64,000 bases of DNA. It comes from an uncultured Pelagibacteraceae bacterium (lineage in GTDB: Bacteria; Pseudomonadota; Alphaproteobacteria; Pelagibacterales; Pelagibacteraceae). The notes beneath the pieces were generated by a model. It had not been told where the DNA came from and ran no database searches. It worked only from the letters and a program-made list of their open reading frames with translations. Each line of letters starts with the position of its first letter. The first letter of the stretch is position 1. Position numbers and translations under genes: made by a program. Positions 1-11,419 of the stretch are shown piece by piece. Location: NCBI GenBank assembly GCA_902578775.1, contig CACHEF010000006.1:2534-66533 (forward strand), written 5' to 3'.

Positions 1-141
1 CAAAGATGTGCATCAACATCAAACAGAAACTTTGAAGGAAGACAAGGTAGAGGTGGAAGAACACACCTTGTAAGCCCGGGAATGGCAGCTGCAGCAGCAA
101 TTTCTGGAAACTTAGATGATGTTAGAAAGTATCAAAATTAA
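1..141 (+). CDS. leuC: 3-isopropylmalate dehydratase large subunit, 3' end (partial)
   Basis: Frame 1 reads [36 protein letters not shown], the LeuC C-terminal signature; its TAA overlaps the leuD ATG (TAATG). Confidence 0.96.
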   Translation, partial: QRCASTSNRNFEGRQGRGGRTHLVSPGMAAAAAISGNLDDVRKYQN

Positions 142-746
142 TGCAAAAATTTTTTAAATTAAAAAGTATTCCAGCATATTTACCAATAGTAAATATTGAT
201 ACAGATATGATTATTCCAAAACAGTTTTTAAAAACAATTAAAAGAACTGGGCTCGGAAAAAATTTATTTTTTGAAATGAGGTATGATGATAATGGAAAAA
301 AAATAAGTGACTTTATATTAAATCAAGTTCCATTTACTAATTCAAAAATACTTATAACAGGAAAAAACTTTGGTTGTGGATCCTCAAGAGAACACGCTCC
401 CTGGGCATTATTAGATTTTGGTATTACATGTGTAATAAGCTCTAGTTTTGCTGATATTTTTTATAGCAATTGTTTTAAAAATGGAATTTTACCGATTATT
501 GTCGATGAGGAAAAAATAAAAGAATTGTCAGAATATGCCAATAGAAAAGAGGAAATTTCAATAGACCTTAAAGAAGAAAAAGTAGTTTATGGTAATAATG
601 AAATTAAATTCAAAATAGATTCATTTAAAAAAAAATGTCTCCTAGAAGGGTTAGATGACATTGCACTATCTCTAAACAAGGCTGATAAGATTAAAAGTTT
701 TGAGCAAAAATTAAAAAGTTCCAAGCCATGGATTATAAGTGATTAA
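141..746 (+). CDS. leuD: 3-isopropylmalate dehydratase small subunit
   Basis: [13 protein letters not shown] and [15 protein letters not shown] motifs. Confidence 0.97.
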   Translation: MQKFFKLKSIPAYLPIVNIDTDMIIPKQFLKTIKRTGLGKNLFFEMRYDDNGKKISDFILNQVPFTNSKILITGKNFGCGSSREHAPWALLDFGITCVISSSFADIFYSNCFKNGILPIIVDEEKIKELSEYANRKEEISIDLKEEKVVYGNNEIKFKIDSFKKKCLLEGLDDIALSLNKADKIKSFEQKLKSSKPWIISD

Positions 747-1845
747 AGTAAAAAAGAGAAAGATACTATTACTTCCTGGAGACGGTATTGGTCCTGAAGT
801 TATCAGTGAAGTAAAAAAAATAATTAGTTGGTTCAATGATAAAAAGTCTCTAGATTTTGAGATAGACGAAGATTTAGCGGGAGGATGCTCTTACGATAAA
901 CATGGTACACCGATAACAGATGAGGTTTTTTACAAGGCATTAGAAAGTGCGGTCGTTATGTTAGGTGCTGTAGGAGGACCAAAGTGGGATAATGTTGAGT
1001 TTTCGAAAAAACCTGAGAGAGCGCTTTTAAAATTAAGAAAAGAATTAAAATTATTTGCTAATTTGAGACCAGCAATATGTTTTAAACAATTGGTAGATGC
1101 CTCATCATTAAAACCTGAAATTGTTTCAGGTTTAGATATTATGATTGTTAGAGAGTTAACAGGGGGAATATATTTTGGTGAACCTAGAGGAATTAAACCA
1201 ATAGAAAATGGGGAAAGAAAAGGAATTAATACTCATACTTATACAAGCAATGAGATTATAAGAGTAGCTAGAGTTGCCTTTGATTTAGCAAAAAAAAGAT
1301 CAAATAAGGTAACTTCTTGTGAAAAATCAAATGTAATGGAAGCAGGCCAACTTTGGAAAGAAGAGGTTCAAGCATTACACGATAAAGAATTTAAAGAGGT
1401 TGAATTAAGTCATATGCTTGCAGACAATTGTGCTATGCAACTGTTAAGAAACCCAAAACAATTTGATGTAATTGTAACAGATAATTTATTTGGAGATATG
1501 TTATCTGATCAAGCCTCAATGTTAACTGGATCATTGGGCCTTCTGCCTTCTGCATCTTTAGGTGCAAAAAATAAGGATGGAGAAATGAGGGCAATGTATG
1601 AGCCTATTCATGGTTCGGCTCCAGATATAGCTGGTAAAAGTATTGCTAATCCAATAGCTACAATTTTAAGTTTTGCTATGGCTTTAAAATATTCATTAGA
1701 TTTAGATAAAGAGGCAGAAGCTCTTGAAAAAGCTGTACAAGATGTATTAAATGATGGTTTAAGAACTAAAGATATTTTATCAAAAGGTACAAAAGAGGTG
1801 ACTACATCACAAATGGGTGATGCGATCATTTCAAAATTGCAATAG
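739..1845 (+). CDS. leuB: 3-isopropylmalate dehydrogenase
   Basis: [29 protein letters not shown] and [13 protein letters not shown] motifs. Confidence 0.97.
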   Translation: MIKVKKRKILLLPGDGIGPEVISEVKKIISWFNDKKSLDFEIDEDLAGGCSYDKHGTPITDEVFYKALESAVVMLGAVGGPKWDNVEFSKKPERALLKLRKELKLFANLRPAICFKQLVDASSLKPEIVSGLDIMIVRELTGGIYFGEPRGIKPIENGERKGINTHTYTSNEIIRVARVAFDLAKKRSNKVTSCEKSNVMEAGQLWKEEVQALHDKEFKEVELSHMLADNCAMQLLRNPKQFDVIVTDNLFGDMLSDQASMLTGSLGLLPSASLGAKNKDGEMRAMYEPIHGSAPDIAGKSIANPIATILSFAMALKYSLDLDKEAEALEKAVQDVLNDGLRTKDILSKGTKEVTTSQMGDAIISKLQ

Positions 1846-1871
1846 TAAATTAATTATTTTAAAATCAGATT

Positions 1872-3635
1872 ATGCCAACTTATACCGCACCCGTTGAAGA
1901 TATGATGTTTCTTTTTGAAAAACTAAGAAACAATAAAGAGTATAATGAATTGGAAAAATATAGAGAGGTTACTCCAGATTTAGTAAAAGATATTTTACAA
2001 GAAGCAGCAAAAATAAATCAAAATTTAATTTTACCATTAGCTAAAGTTGGCGATGAGAATCCTGCAATTTTAGAAAATGGGGTTGTTAGAACTCCTCCAG
2101 GTTACAAAGAGGCTTATAAAAAATATATTGAAGATGGCTGGACATCTTTGTCATGTGATCCAAAATATGGGGGTCAAGGTATGCCAAAAACTGTGAGTGC
2201 ATTTTTTGATGAAATGCTATCCTCTGCAAGTCTTTCATTTAAACTCTATAGTGAACTTAGTATTGGTGCTTATAATTGTATTAATCATCATGCTAGTGAT
2301 GAAATAAAAAATAAATATTTGCCAAAAATTGTAGAAGGTAAGTGGAGTGGAACAATGTGTTTAACAGAGCCAGTATGTGGTACCGATTTAGGGCTACTAA
2401 AAACAAAGGCTAAAAAACAATCTGATGGCACATATAAATTAACTGGACAGAAAATTTTTATTACTTCTGGTGATCATGATTTAACTGAAAATATTATCCA
2501 TTTGGTTTTAGCAAGAGTCGATGACTCTCCAGCTGGGACTAAAGGCATCAGCCTATTTTTAGTTCCAAAGTTTATTGTAAAAGAGGATGGGAATGCTGGA
2601 CCAAGAAATGGAATATCAACTGGTTCTATAGAAACAAAAATGGGAATTAAAGGATCGGCAACTTGTGTTCTCAATTTTGATGAAGCAACTGGTTATATGA
2701 TTGGTGACAAGGAAAAAGGTTTGAGTGCAATGTTTACAATGATGAATCTTGAGAGAATTGTTGTTGGGATTCAAGGTTTGGGTATATCAGAGATTGCTTA
2801 TCAAAATTCTCTGTCATACGCAAAAGAAAGAAAACAAGGTAAGTCGAATAATTCAAAATCTAAAAATGGTGCTGATTTTATAATTGAACATGCAGATATC
2901 AGAAGATCGTTGTTAAATATGAAATCTATTATTGAAGGTGAGAGAGCCTTATGTTTTTGGTTATCTCAACAAACTGAGGTAAGCTTATATCATCCAGATC
3001 AAAAAGCTCGCAAAGAAGCATCTGATTATGTCTCATTAATGACTCCAGTAGTTAAATCCTTATTCACAGATTTAGCAATGGAAATTACTAGTGATGCAAT
3101 GCAAATTTATGGTGGGTATGGTTATACTAAAGATCAAGGAATAGAACAGTTATATCGGGATAATAGAATCACACCAATCTACGAGGGTACAAATTCTGTA
3201 CAAGCTGCTGATTTAGTTTTTAGAAAATTAACAAATAAGAATGGGAATGTAATAAATAAATTTTTAGATCTGGTTAAAAATGAATGTAATTCTAACAATG
3301 AAAAAATAAAACCATTCATCTCAGATTTTAATAATTATTTAAAAACATTAAAAAAATTTAGTGATTGGATGATTGATAAATCTAAAACGGATAAAGATGA
3401 TGTAAGTGCTGCTGCTAATGATTATCTTAAGTCTCTTGGATTTGTCTCGATTGCTTACGCATGGATAAAAGTATTAGAAGTAAGTTTTAAAGATTATAAT
3501 GAAAATAAAAGCTTTTATGATGACAAAATCGATACTGCTAGGTTTTATTTTGATAAAGTTCTTCCAAGAGCTGAACATCATTATAAATCAGCAATTTCTG
3601 GAAGTTCCAATATTATGAATTTTAAATTCAATTAA
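1872..3635 (+). CDS. dmdC: Acyl-CoA dehydrogenase, probable 3-methylmercaptopropionyl-CoA dehydrogenase
   Basis: Long (587 aa) ACAD with GTMCLTEP, KMGIKGSATC and IYEGTN motifs; clustered with dmdB and dmdA. Confidence 0.88.
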   Translation: MPTYTAPVEDMMFLFEKLRNNKEYNELEKYREVTPDLVKDILQEAAKINQNLILPLAKVGDENPAILENGVVRTPPGYKEAYKKYIEDGWTSLSCDPKYGGQGMPKTVSAFFDEMLSSASLSFKLYSELSIGAYNCINHHASDEIKNKYLPKIVEGKWSGTMCLTEPVCGTDLGLLKTKAKKQSDGTYKLTGQKIFITSGDHDLTENIIHLVLARVDDSPAGTKGISLFLVPKFIVKEDGNAGPRNGISTGSIETKMGIKGSATCVLNFDEATGYMIGDKEKGLSAMFTMMNLERIVVGIQGLGISEIAYQNSLSYAKERKQGKSNNSKSKNGADFIIEHADIRRSLLNMKSIIEGERALCFWLSQQTEVSLYHPDQKARKEASDYVSLMTPVVKSLFTDLAMEITSDAMQIYGGYGYTKDQGIEQLYRDNRITPIYEGTNSVQAADLVFRKLTNKNGNVINKFLDLVKNECNSNNEKIKPFISDFNNYLKTLKKFSDWMIDKSKTDKDDVSAAANDYLKSLGFVSIAYAWIKVLEVSFKDYNENKSFYDDKIDTARFYFDKVLPRAEHHYKSAISGSSNIMNFKFN

Positions 3636-5252
3636 ATGAGTCATTACGATACTAATTTGGATAAGAATAGAGCAAATTATGTTCCTCTAACTCCTTTGAC
3701 TTTTTTAAAAAGAGCGAAAGAGATTTATCCTGATTATGAAGCAATTGTCTACGAAGATCGTAAATACTCTTGGGCTGAGATTTACAAACGTACTATTAAA
3801 TTTGCAAGCGCTCTTAATAAAATTGGAATAAAAAAAGGTGATACGGTCTCATTTTTAGCTTTCAATACACCTGAAATTTTTGAGGGACATTATTCTGTTC
3901 CTATGTCTGGTGCAGTGTTAAATACAATTAATATAAGATTAGATGCTAAAACTATTGCTTATATTTTAGAGCATAGTGATGCCAAAGTTCTTGTTGTTGA
4001 TAGGCAATTACACATTGAAGTTAAAAAAGCGTTAAGCACCTTAAAAAAGAAAATTACGATTATTGATATAGTTGATAAATATGCAGATCAATCAAAATGT
4101 GAAAAAATTGGTGACTTAGAATACGAAAATTTTTTAAATACTGGTGATGAAAATTTTGATTGGAAAATGCCGGAGGATGAGTGGCAAGCAATATCATTGA
4201 GCTATACATCTGGAACTACTGGAAACCCTAAAGGCGTTGTTTATCATCATCGAGGATCATATTTAATGTCCACAGGTAGCGCAGTTGCTTGGAACATGCC
4301 AAACAGACTTAATTTTTTAACTATTGTCCCGATGTTCCATTGTAATGGATGGGGTTATCCTTGGACAATACCCATGTTAAACGGAAGGACAATTTGTTTA
4401 AGAAATATAGATGTTAAAAAAATATTTGAATTAATAGACAAATATAATGTTACTCACTTTGGTGGAGCACCCATTGTACTAAATATGATAACCGGCGCAC
4501 CTGAATCTGATAGAAAAAAATTAAAGCAAAAAGTATATGTGCTTACTGCGGGAGCTCCACCCCCAAGTATAATTTTCAAAAAAATGAAAGAGCTTGGTTT
4601 TGAGGTCATGCACGTTTATGGATTAACCGAAACTTATGGACACGTAACTCAATGTGCATGGAATGATGCTTGGAATGACTTTGATGAGGAAAAGCAGAAC
4701 GAAATTAAAGCTAGACAAGGAGTTAGGTATCCTAATACAGAAGGGATTGCTGTGATGGATCCAGAAACAATGACCGAAGTTCCAAAAGATGGAAAGACGA
4801 TTGGTGAAATTATGATTAAAGGAAATGTAGTCATGAAGGGTTATTTTAAGGATAAGGACGCTACAAATAAAGCGATGGCTGGTGGGTGGTTTCATTCTGG
4901 TGACTTAGCTGTCATGCATCCAGATGGATATGTAAAAATTCAGGATAGATCTAAAGATATAATAATTTCTGGAGGTGAAAATATATCCTCTATAGAAATA
5001 GAAAATACTCTTGCAAAACATCCATCAGTATCTATAGCAGCTGTTGTAGCTAAACCAGATGAAAAATGGGGAGAGGTGCCTTGTGCATTTATTGAGATGG
5101 TAAAGGATAAACCAACAACTGAGAAAGAGTTAATTGGTTTTTGTAAAGAAACACTTGCAGGTTTCAAGGTGCCAAAACAAGTTGTTTTTTGTGAATTACC
5201 TAAAACATCAACAGGAAAAATTCAAAAATTTGAATTGAGAAAAAAATTTTAG
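3636..5252 (+). CDS. dmdB: Acyl-CoA synthetase, probable 3-methylmercaptopropionate-CoA ligase
   Basis: YTSGTTGNPKG, YGLTE, GWFHSGD and PKTSTGKIQK adenylation motifs; dmd context. Confidence 0.88.
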   Translation: MSHYDTNLDKNRANYVPLTPLTFLKRAKEIYPDYEAIVYEDRKYSWAEIYKRTIKFASALNKIGIKKGDTVSFLAFNTPEIFEGHYSVPMSGAVLNTINIRLDAKTIAYILEHSDAKVLVVDRQLHIEVKKALSTLKKKITIIDIVDKYADQSKCEKIGDLEYENFLNTGDENFDWKMPEDEWQAISLSYTSGTTGNPKGVVYHHRGSYLMSTGSAVAWNMPNRLNFLTIVPMFHCNGWGYPWTIPMLNGRTICLRNIDVKKIFELIDKYNVTHFGGAPIVLNMITGAPESDRKKLKQKVYVLTAGAPPPSIIFKKMKELGFEVMHVYGLTETYGHVTQCAWNDAWNDFDEEKQNEIKARQGVRYPNTEGIAVMDPETMTEVPKDGKTIGEIMIKGNVVMKGYFKDKDATNKAMAGGWFHSGDLAVMHPDGYVKIQDRSKDIIISGGENISSIEIENTLAKHPSVSIAAVVAKPDEKWGEVPCAFIEMVKDKPTTEKELIGFCKETLAGFKVPKQVVFCELPKTSTGKIQKFELRKKF

Positions 5253-5260
5253 GTAATTGA

Positions 5261-6034
5261 TTGATATTTGAAATAGAAAATAAAACCATTCATGCATCTG
5301 ATGCAGGTCAAGGTATAGATCCTAAAAAACAAACAATAGTATTTCTTCATGGAAGTGGCCTTTCTCATATAGTTTGGTCATTAACTGAAAATTTTTTTTC
5401 GAATAAGAATTTTAATGTATTGTCTATTGATCTTCCTGGTCATGGAAATTCAGATGGACCATGTTTAGACACCATAGAAAAAATTGCTGACTGGCTAGAA
5501 AGAGTATTTGAAAAATTACAATTAAAAAATTTGATTTTAGTTGGCCATTCTCAAGGATGTTTAGAAATACTTGAATATGCTTTCAAATATAAAAGCAGGT
5601 TAAATAAAATAGTTTTTATTGGAGGTTCAAATAAAATGCCAGTTCATCCTGATTTAATAGAACTTGCAAAAAATGGAGATTCTGATGCAGTAAAATTAAT
5701 GATGAAATGGGGTTATGAAGGCTCAAAAAAATTTATTGGTGGAAATCCCGTAGAAAAAATAATTCAGTCTCCTAGAGATATTAGCAAAATTTTAGCAGTT
5801 GATTTAAATGCGTGTAATAATTACTCAAATGGGTTAGAAGCAACAAAAGTTTTAGATCTTCCCACATTACTTATTTTTGGAGAGTTAGATAAAATGATTA
5901 ATTTAGAAGTAGGAAAAAAATTTTCAAATTTAATAAAAAACTCATCTACTCATGTAATTAAAGGTTGTGGTCATATGATAATGATTGAAAAAGCGTTTGA
6001 AATGAGAGAAAAGATTTTAGAATTTTTAAATTAA
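5261..6034 (+). CDS. Alpha/beta-fold hydrolase
   Basis: FLHG oxyanion motif, DLPGHG, GHSQG nucleophile elbow, GELD and GH acid/His; TTG start. Confidence 0.9.
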   Translation: MIFEIENKTIHASDAGQGIDPKKQTIVFLHGSGLSHIVWSLTENFFSNKNFNVLSIDLPGHGNSDGPCLDTIEKIADWLERVFEKLQLKNLILVGHSQGCLEILEYAFKYKSRLNKIVFIGGSNKMPVHPDLIELAKNGDSDAVKLMMKWGYEGSKKFIGGNPVEKIIQSPRDISKILAVDLNACNNYSNGLEATKVLDLPTLLIFGELDKMINLEVGKKFSNLIKNSSTHVIKGCGHMIMIEKAFEMREKILEFLN

Positions 6035-7143
6035 TGAAAAGTTATCCGATAGCAAAATCAAGAAGAGTTAGAAGTACACCTTATACTTCTAGAATAGAGA
6101 GCCAGGGTGTTACCGCTTATACTGTTTATAATCATATGCTTTTACCAGCAGCATTTGGTTCATTGGAAGAATCTTGTATTCATTTAAAAAAGAATGTCCA
6201 GATATGGGATGTAGCAGCAGAAAGACAAGTTGAAATTTCAGGTAAAGATGCCTCAAAACTTGTACAACTTATGACTTGTAGAGATTTATCAAAATCTAAA
6301 GTAGGAAGATGTTATTATTGTCCTTTAATTGATGAAAATGGAAATTTGGTAAACGATCCTGTTATTTTGAAATTAGCTGAAGATAGATGGTGGATTTCAA
6401 TCGCTGACTCTGACGTAATTTTTTTTGCAAAAGGTCTTGCTTCAGGAAATAAATTTGATGTTAAAATTTTTGAACCAATCGTAGATATTTTGGCAGTTCA
6501 GGGTCCTAAATCTTTTGATTTAATGGAAAAAGTTTTTGATGAAAAAATAAAAGAATTAAAATTTTTTGGTTTTGATCATTTCACATTTAATGGTGCAAAA
6601 CATTTAATAGCTAGATCTGGTTGGTCAAAACAAGGTGGTTTTGAAATTTATGTTGAAAACACTGATGCAGGTTTAAAATTATATGATCATCTTTTTGAAA
6701 TTGGTAAGGAATTCAATGTTAGGCCTGGATGTCCAAACTTGATTGAAAGAATTGAGAGTGGTTTACTTTCTTATGGGAATGATTTTGATAATAACGATAA
6801 TCCATTTCAATGTGGTTTTGATAAATATATTGATTTAGACACTGATATAAACTTTTTAGGCAAGGATAAACTTAAAAAAATCAAAGAAAAAGGAGTTGAT
6901 AGAAAGCTAATGGGCGTTCAGATAGATGCAACTGAGATTAATTTAACTAGTTCTTTAAACATCAAAAATAATGATGGAAGTTTAATTGGAGAACTAAGAT
7001 CCGCTTGTTATTCGCCCCATTTTAAAAAAGTTATTGGTATTGCAATGATAAAAGAACCATATTGCAGAGCATCTTCGTCTGGAATAATAGAAATTGATGG
7101 AAATTCTTTAGCTCTTAAAGTTTGCGATTTACCTTTCATCTAG
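6034..7143 (+). CDS. dmdA: DMSP demethylase (GcvT-fold, THF-dependent)
   Basis: [41 protein letters not shown] and [17 protein letters not shown], typical of DmdA. Confidence 0.93.
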   Translation: MKSYPIAKSRRVRSTPYTSRIESQGVTAYTVYNHMLLPAAFGSLEESCIHLKKNVQIWDVAAERQVEISGKDASKLVQLMTCRDLSKSKVGRCYYCPLIDENGNLVNDPVILKLAEDRWWISIADSDVIFFAKGLASGNKFDVKIFEPIVDILAVQGPKSFDLMEKVFDEKIKELKFFGFDHFTFNGAKHLIARSGWSKQGGFEIYVENTDAGLKLYDHLFEIGKEFNVRPGCPNLIERIESGLLSYGNDFDNNDNPFQCGFDKYIDLDTDINFLGKDKLKKIKEKGVDRKLMGVQIDATEINLTSSLNIKNNDGSLIGELRSACYSPHFKKVIGIAMIKEPYCRASSSGIIEIDGNSLALKVCDLPFI

Positions 7144-7149
7144 TATAAA
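7122..7149 (+). promoter_or_regulatory. Possible internal sigma70 promoter for asd-sdh
   Basis: TTGCGA-N16-TATAAA ending 9 nt before the asd ATG. Confidence 0.3.
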
Positions 7150-7158
7150 ACTTACATC

Positions 7159-8169
7159 ATGAATATTGTGATAGTAGGTGCAACGGGAAATGTAGGTAGA
7201 AAAATATTAGAAGTTCTTGAGAAAAAGAACCTTCCTATAGAAAATTTATTTTTAGTTGCATCATCTAAAAGCGCAGGAAAAAAAATTAAATTTAGAGGTA
7301 AAGAATATGAAGTCTCTGATTTAGCAAGTTTTGACTTTTCTAAAGTAAAAATAGCTTTTTTTTCTGCTGGTGGAAAAATTTCAGAAAAATTTGTGGAAAA
7401 AGCTGCAAAAAGTTGTGTCGTGATAGATAATTCGAGTTATTATAGAATGAATCCAGATGTACCTTTAATAGTACCCCAAGTTAATTCTGAAGACTTAACT
7501 AATATAAAGAAAAATATTATTGCAAATCCAAATTGTTCAACAGCACAACTAGTTATAGTATTAAAGCCTCTCCATGACGAATTTATTATAAAAAGAGTAG
7601 TAACTTCAACATATCAATCTGTTTCAGGTGGAGGTAAAGCACCAATGGATGAATTGATAGAACAAACAAAATTATTCTTAGATAATAAAGAAATAATATC
7701 TAAAAATTTTACAAAACAAATAGCATTTAACGCTATTCCACATATTGATGCATTTGCTGATGAAGGTTACACTAAAGAGGAACTTAAAATGGCAAATGAA
7801 ACAAAAAAAATTTTAGGTCCAAACATTGAATTAACAGCAACTTGTGTGCGACTTCCAATTTTAGTTTCTCATTCAGAGTCGGTTAATATAGAATTTGAAA
7901 AACCGTTTAATGTAGAAAAAATTAAAAAACTTTTAAATGATGCAGATGGATGTAAAGTAATTGACGAAAGAAAAGATGGTGGTTATTCAACTCCGATTGA
8001 AGCTGCAGGTAAAAATGAAACATTCATTTCAAGAATACGAGAAGATAAAACAATTTTGAATGGTCTAAATTTGTGGATTGTGTCAGATAATTTACTTAGA
8101 GGCGCGGCTTTGAATGCAGTTGAAATAGCTGAAACATTAATTAAGAATAAATTTTATGGAAAAAAATAA
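7159..8169 (+). CDS. asd: Aspartate-semialdehyde dehydrogenase
   Basis: VGATGNVG, IANPNCST, STYQSVSGGG and DNLLRGAALNA motifs. Confidence 0.97.
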   Translation: MNIVIVGATGNVGRKILEVLEKKNLPIENLFLVASSKSAGKKIKFRGKEYEVSDLASFDFSKVKIAFFSAGGKISEKFVEKAAKSCVVIDNSSYYRMNPDVPLIVPQVNSEDLTNIKKNIIANPNCSTAQLVIVLKPLHDEFIIKRVVTSTYQSVSGGGKAPMDELIEQTKLFLDNKEIISKNFTKQIAFNAIPHIDAFADEGYTKEELKMANETKKILGPNIELTATCVRLPILVSHSESVNIEFEKPFNVEKIKKLLNDADGCKVIDERKDGGYSTPIEAAGKNETFISRIREDKTILNGLNLWIVSDNLLRGAALNAVEIAETLIKNKFYGKK

Positions 8170-8539
8170 TCCGATATCCCCTCATCTTCAAATTTATCGA
8201 TGGCATATTTCATCATTAGTTTCTATTTCACATAGAATTACAGGGATAATAAATTTTGTAGCTTTTATACTCATTTGCATTTGGGTATCTATGCTTTTAT
8301 TAGGTGAGTCCAATTATAGTTCAATAGAGATTTTTTTTAGTTCTATATTTGGAAAATTTATTACTCTTGGCTTAACTTGGTCTTTTAGTTTTCAAATATT
8401 AAGTGAAATTCGACACTTAATTATGGACATGGGTTATGGATTTGAATTAAAAATGACTAAAATAAGTGGTTTGCTAGTTATTTTTGGTTCAATTATTTTA
8501 ACAATTATAATTTTTATTATAGGAAAAAACTTTATTTAA
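8156..8539 (+). CDS. sdhC: Succinate dehydrogenase membrane anchor SdhC (heme-ligand His replaced by Gln)
   Basis: PISPHLQIY, SISHRITG and IRHLIMD motifs; 3 TM helices; sdh operon position. Confidence 0.95.
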   Translation: MEKNNPISPHLQIYRWHISSLVSISHRITGIINFVAFILICIWVSMLLLGESNYSSIEIFFSSIFGKFITLGLTWSFSFQILSEIRHLIMDMGYGFELKMTKISGLLVIFGSIILTIIIFIIGKNFI

Positions 8540-8868
8540 TGAACGCTTCTACAAAGAAATGGATCTTAATTAAGATTAGTTCTCTAGCTTTAATTCCTTT
8601 AATGTTCTGGTTTATCTTAAATTTTATTTCTATTTATGATAAAGGTTTTGTTGAAATTATTGATTTTTTTTCAAATATAACAACAAAATTTCTGTTCAGT
8701 TTATTTATTATTTTTGGTTTTTTATTCTCGGCATTGAGTATCAGTGAAGTTTTTGAGGATTATATTGGAGAAAATAATCTCAAAAATGTCGCAAATAGAC
8801 TGTTGTATTTATCTGCTATAGTATTCCCACTTTTAACAATAATATTACTTTTTAATTTAAACATATGA
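8539..8868 (+). CDS. sdhD: Succinate dehydrogenase membrane anchor SdhD (contains no His)
   Basis: 3 TM helices, quinone-site EDY motif, located between sdhC and sdhA. Confidence 0.9.
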   Translation: MNASTKKWILIKISSLALIPLMFWFILNFISIYDKGFVEIIDFFSNITTKFLFSLFIIFGFLFSALSISEVFEDYIGENNLKNVANRLLYLSAIVFPLLTIILLFNLNI

Positions 8869-10640
8869 GTTCATATAAAATTATAGACCACGAATATGAT
8901 GTAGTTGTTCTTGGGGCAGGCGGATCTGGATTAAGAGCCGCTGTAGGTTTAAGTGAAGCTGGTTTAAAAACTGCTTGCATTTCCAAAGTATTCCCAACAA
9001 GAAGTCATACATCAGCCGCACAAGGTGGAATTTCTGCAGCATTAGGCAATATGGGTGAAGATGATTGGCGTTGGCATATGTATGACACTGTCAAGGGAGC
9101 TGATTGGTTAGGAGACCAAGATAGTATTGAGTATTTATGTAAAGAAGCGCCAAAAGCTGTGATTGAATTAGAAAAGTATGGAGTTCCATTTAGCAGAACT
9201 GATGACGGCAAAATATATCAAAGACCATTTGGTGGAATGACCAAAAATTATGGAAATGGAATCGTACAAAGAACTTGCGCTGCAGCTGATAGAACGGGAC
9301 ATGCAATATTGCATACGCTTTATGGTCAAGCACTAAAACATAATACAGAATTTTTTATTGAATATTTTGCTTTAGATTTGCTGATGAAAAATGGTGAATG
9401 TAAAGGTTTGATAGCGTGGAATTTAAATGATGGAACAATTCATAGATTTAGAGCTCATACAGTAATTATTGCTACAGGTGGATATGGAAAAGTTTATTAT
9501 TCAGCTACATCAGCTCATACTTGTACAGGAGATGGAAATGCAATGGTGCTTAGAGCCGGTCTTCCACTACAAGATATGGAATTTGTCCAGTTTCATCCAA
9601 CAGGAATATACGGTCATGGTACATTAATTACTGAAGGTGCTAGAGGAGAAGGAGGATATCTGACGAATTCCAAAGGTGAAAGATTTATGGAAAGATATGC
9701 TCCGAAAGCAAAAGATCTAGCATCAAGGGATGTAGTCAGTCGATCAATGTCAATTGAGATTAATGAGGGAAGAGGTGTAGGAAAAGATGGAGATCATGTT
9801 CACTTAAATCTAAGTCATTTGGATAAAGATATTATTGAGAGTAGATTACCTGGAATAACTGATGCTGCGAGATTATTTGCTGATGTAGATGTTACTAAAG
9901 ATCCAATACCTGTAGTGCCTACAGTTCATTATAACATGGGAGGAATCCCAACCAATTACAAAGCAGAAGTTTTAACAGTAAATGGTTCTGAAAAAACTGT
10001 TCCAGGTTTAATGGCGATTGGAGAAGCAGCATGTGTTTCAGTTCATGGTGCTAATAGGCTGGGCTCTAATTCTTTAATTGATTTAGTTGTATTTGGAAGA
10101 GCCGCCGCCAAAAGAGCTGCTGAATTAGTAAAACCTGGCACACCTCATGAAGAAATAGAAGAGTCAGAAACCCAGAAATGTTTAGATAGATTTGATAAAC
10201 TTAGAAATGCTAATGGTGAGAACAGTACAGCTGATTTAAGATTGTCCATGCAAAAAACTATGCAATCAAAATGTGCAGTTTTTAGAACAGAAAAAACTTT
10301 AAAAGAAGGTGTCGAAGAAATAAAAAAGACTTATGAAGGCATGGAGTCAATTTCAGTAAAAGATAAATCATTGATATTTAACACAGACCTAGTTGAAACT
10401 TTGGAGTTTGATAATCTTATTAGACAAGCAGTAGCAACTGTCGGTTCAGCTTACAATCGAAAAGAAAGTAGAGGAGCTCATGCAAGAGAAGATTTTCCAA
10501 AGAGAGATGATAAAAAATTTATGCAGCACACTCTTGCTTGGTGTGATGGAAAGAATACTAAAATTACTTACAGACCTGTTCATAAATCCACATTAACAAA
10601 TGATGTACAATATTTTCCACCACAGGAAAGAGTATATTAA
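8865..10640 (+). CDS. sdhA: Succinate dehydrogenase flavoprotein subunit
   Basis: [16 protein letters not shown] (FAD-His), QFHPTG and [11 protein letters not shown] motifs. Confidence 0.98.
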   Translation: MSSYKIIDHEYDVVVLGAGGSGLRAAVGLSEAGLKTACISKVFPTRSHTSAAQGGISAALGNMGEDDWRWHMYDTVKGADWLGDQDSIEYLCKEAPKAVIELEKYGVPFSRTDDGKIYQRPFGGMTKNYGNGIVQRTCAAADRTGHAILHTLYGQALKHNTEFFIEYFALDLLMKNGECKGLIAWNLNDGTIHRFRAHTVIIATGGYGKVYYSATSAHTCTGDGNAMVLRAGLPLQDMEFVQFHPTGIYGHGTLITEGARGEGGYLTNSKGERFMERYAPKAKDLASRDVVSRSMSIEINEGRGVGKDGDHVHLNLSHLDKDIIESRLPGITDAARLFADVDVTKDPIPVVPTVHYNMGGIPTNYKAEVLTVNGSEKTVPGLMAIGEAACVSVHGANRLGSNSLIDLVVFGRAAAKRAAELVKPGTPHEEIEESETQKCLDRFDKLRNANGENSTADLRLSMQKTMQSKCAVFRTEKTLKEGVEEIKKTYEGMESISVKDKSLIFNTDLVETLEFDNLIRQAVATVGSAYNRKESRGAHAREDFPKRDDKKFMQHTLAWCDGKNTKITYRPVHKSTLTNDVQYFPPQERVY

Positions 10641-11419
10641 TGGTTCAATTAAGTTTACCTAAAGATTCTAAAGTTAAAAAAGGTAAATATTTCAAAGATA
10701 AATCTGGCTCGAAAAATATAAAGAAAGTTAATGTTTATAGGTGGGACCCTTCAATAGAAGAAAATCCAAGAATAGATACATATGAAGTTGATATGGATAA
10801 TTGTCCATCTAAAGTTCTCGATGTTTTAAATAAAATTAAAAATGAAATAGATCCAACTTTAGCTTATAGAAGATCTTGTGCTCATGGAGTTTGCGGATCT
10901 TGTGCTATGAATATGGGAGGAAAAAATGGATTAGCATGTACAACACCTCATTCTGAAATTAAGGGGGACATTGATATTTATCCATTGCCACATTTAAAAG
11001 TAAAAAAAGATTTGATCGGTGATTTAGATGGACTTTACAAACAATATAAATCAATAGAACCATGGTTAAAGTCAAATTCAAAATCTGAAAATGCAGAGAT
11101 TTATCAATCTAAAGAAGATAGAGCCAAGTTAGATGGGGCTTATGAGTGTATAATGTGTGCTTGTTGTTCAACCTCATGCCCAAGTTATTGGTGGAATGGT
11201 GATAAGTATTTAGGTCCAGCAGTTTTACTTCAAGCCTATAGATGGATTATAGATAGTAGAGATGAAGAGAGAGAGGCGAGATTAAAAAAAGTAGCAGATG
11301 AATTAAAACTCTATAGATGTCATACGATATTGAATTGTACAAGCGCATGTCCTAAAGGATTGAATCCCGCAAAAGCAATAGCGGAAATAAAAAAAATGTT
11401 AGCAACAGCTAGTCTTTAA
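10640..11419 (+). CDS. sdhB: Succinate dehydrogenase iron-sulfur subunit
   Basis: [27 protein letters not shown] and [12 protein letters not shown] Fe-S motifs. Confidence 0.98.
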   Translation: MVQLSLPKDSKVKKGKYFKDKSGSKNIKKVNVYRWDPSIEENPRIDTYEVDMDNCPSKVLDVLNKIKNEIDPTLAYRRSCAHGVCGSCAMNMGGKNGLACTTPHSEIKGDIDIYPLPHLKVKKDLIGDLDGLYKQYKSIEPWLKSNSKSENAEIYQSKEDRAKLDGAYECIMCACCSTSCPSYWWNGDKYLGPAVLLQAYRWIIDSRDEEREARLKKVADELKLYRCHTILNCTSACPKGLNPAKAIAEIKKMLATASL

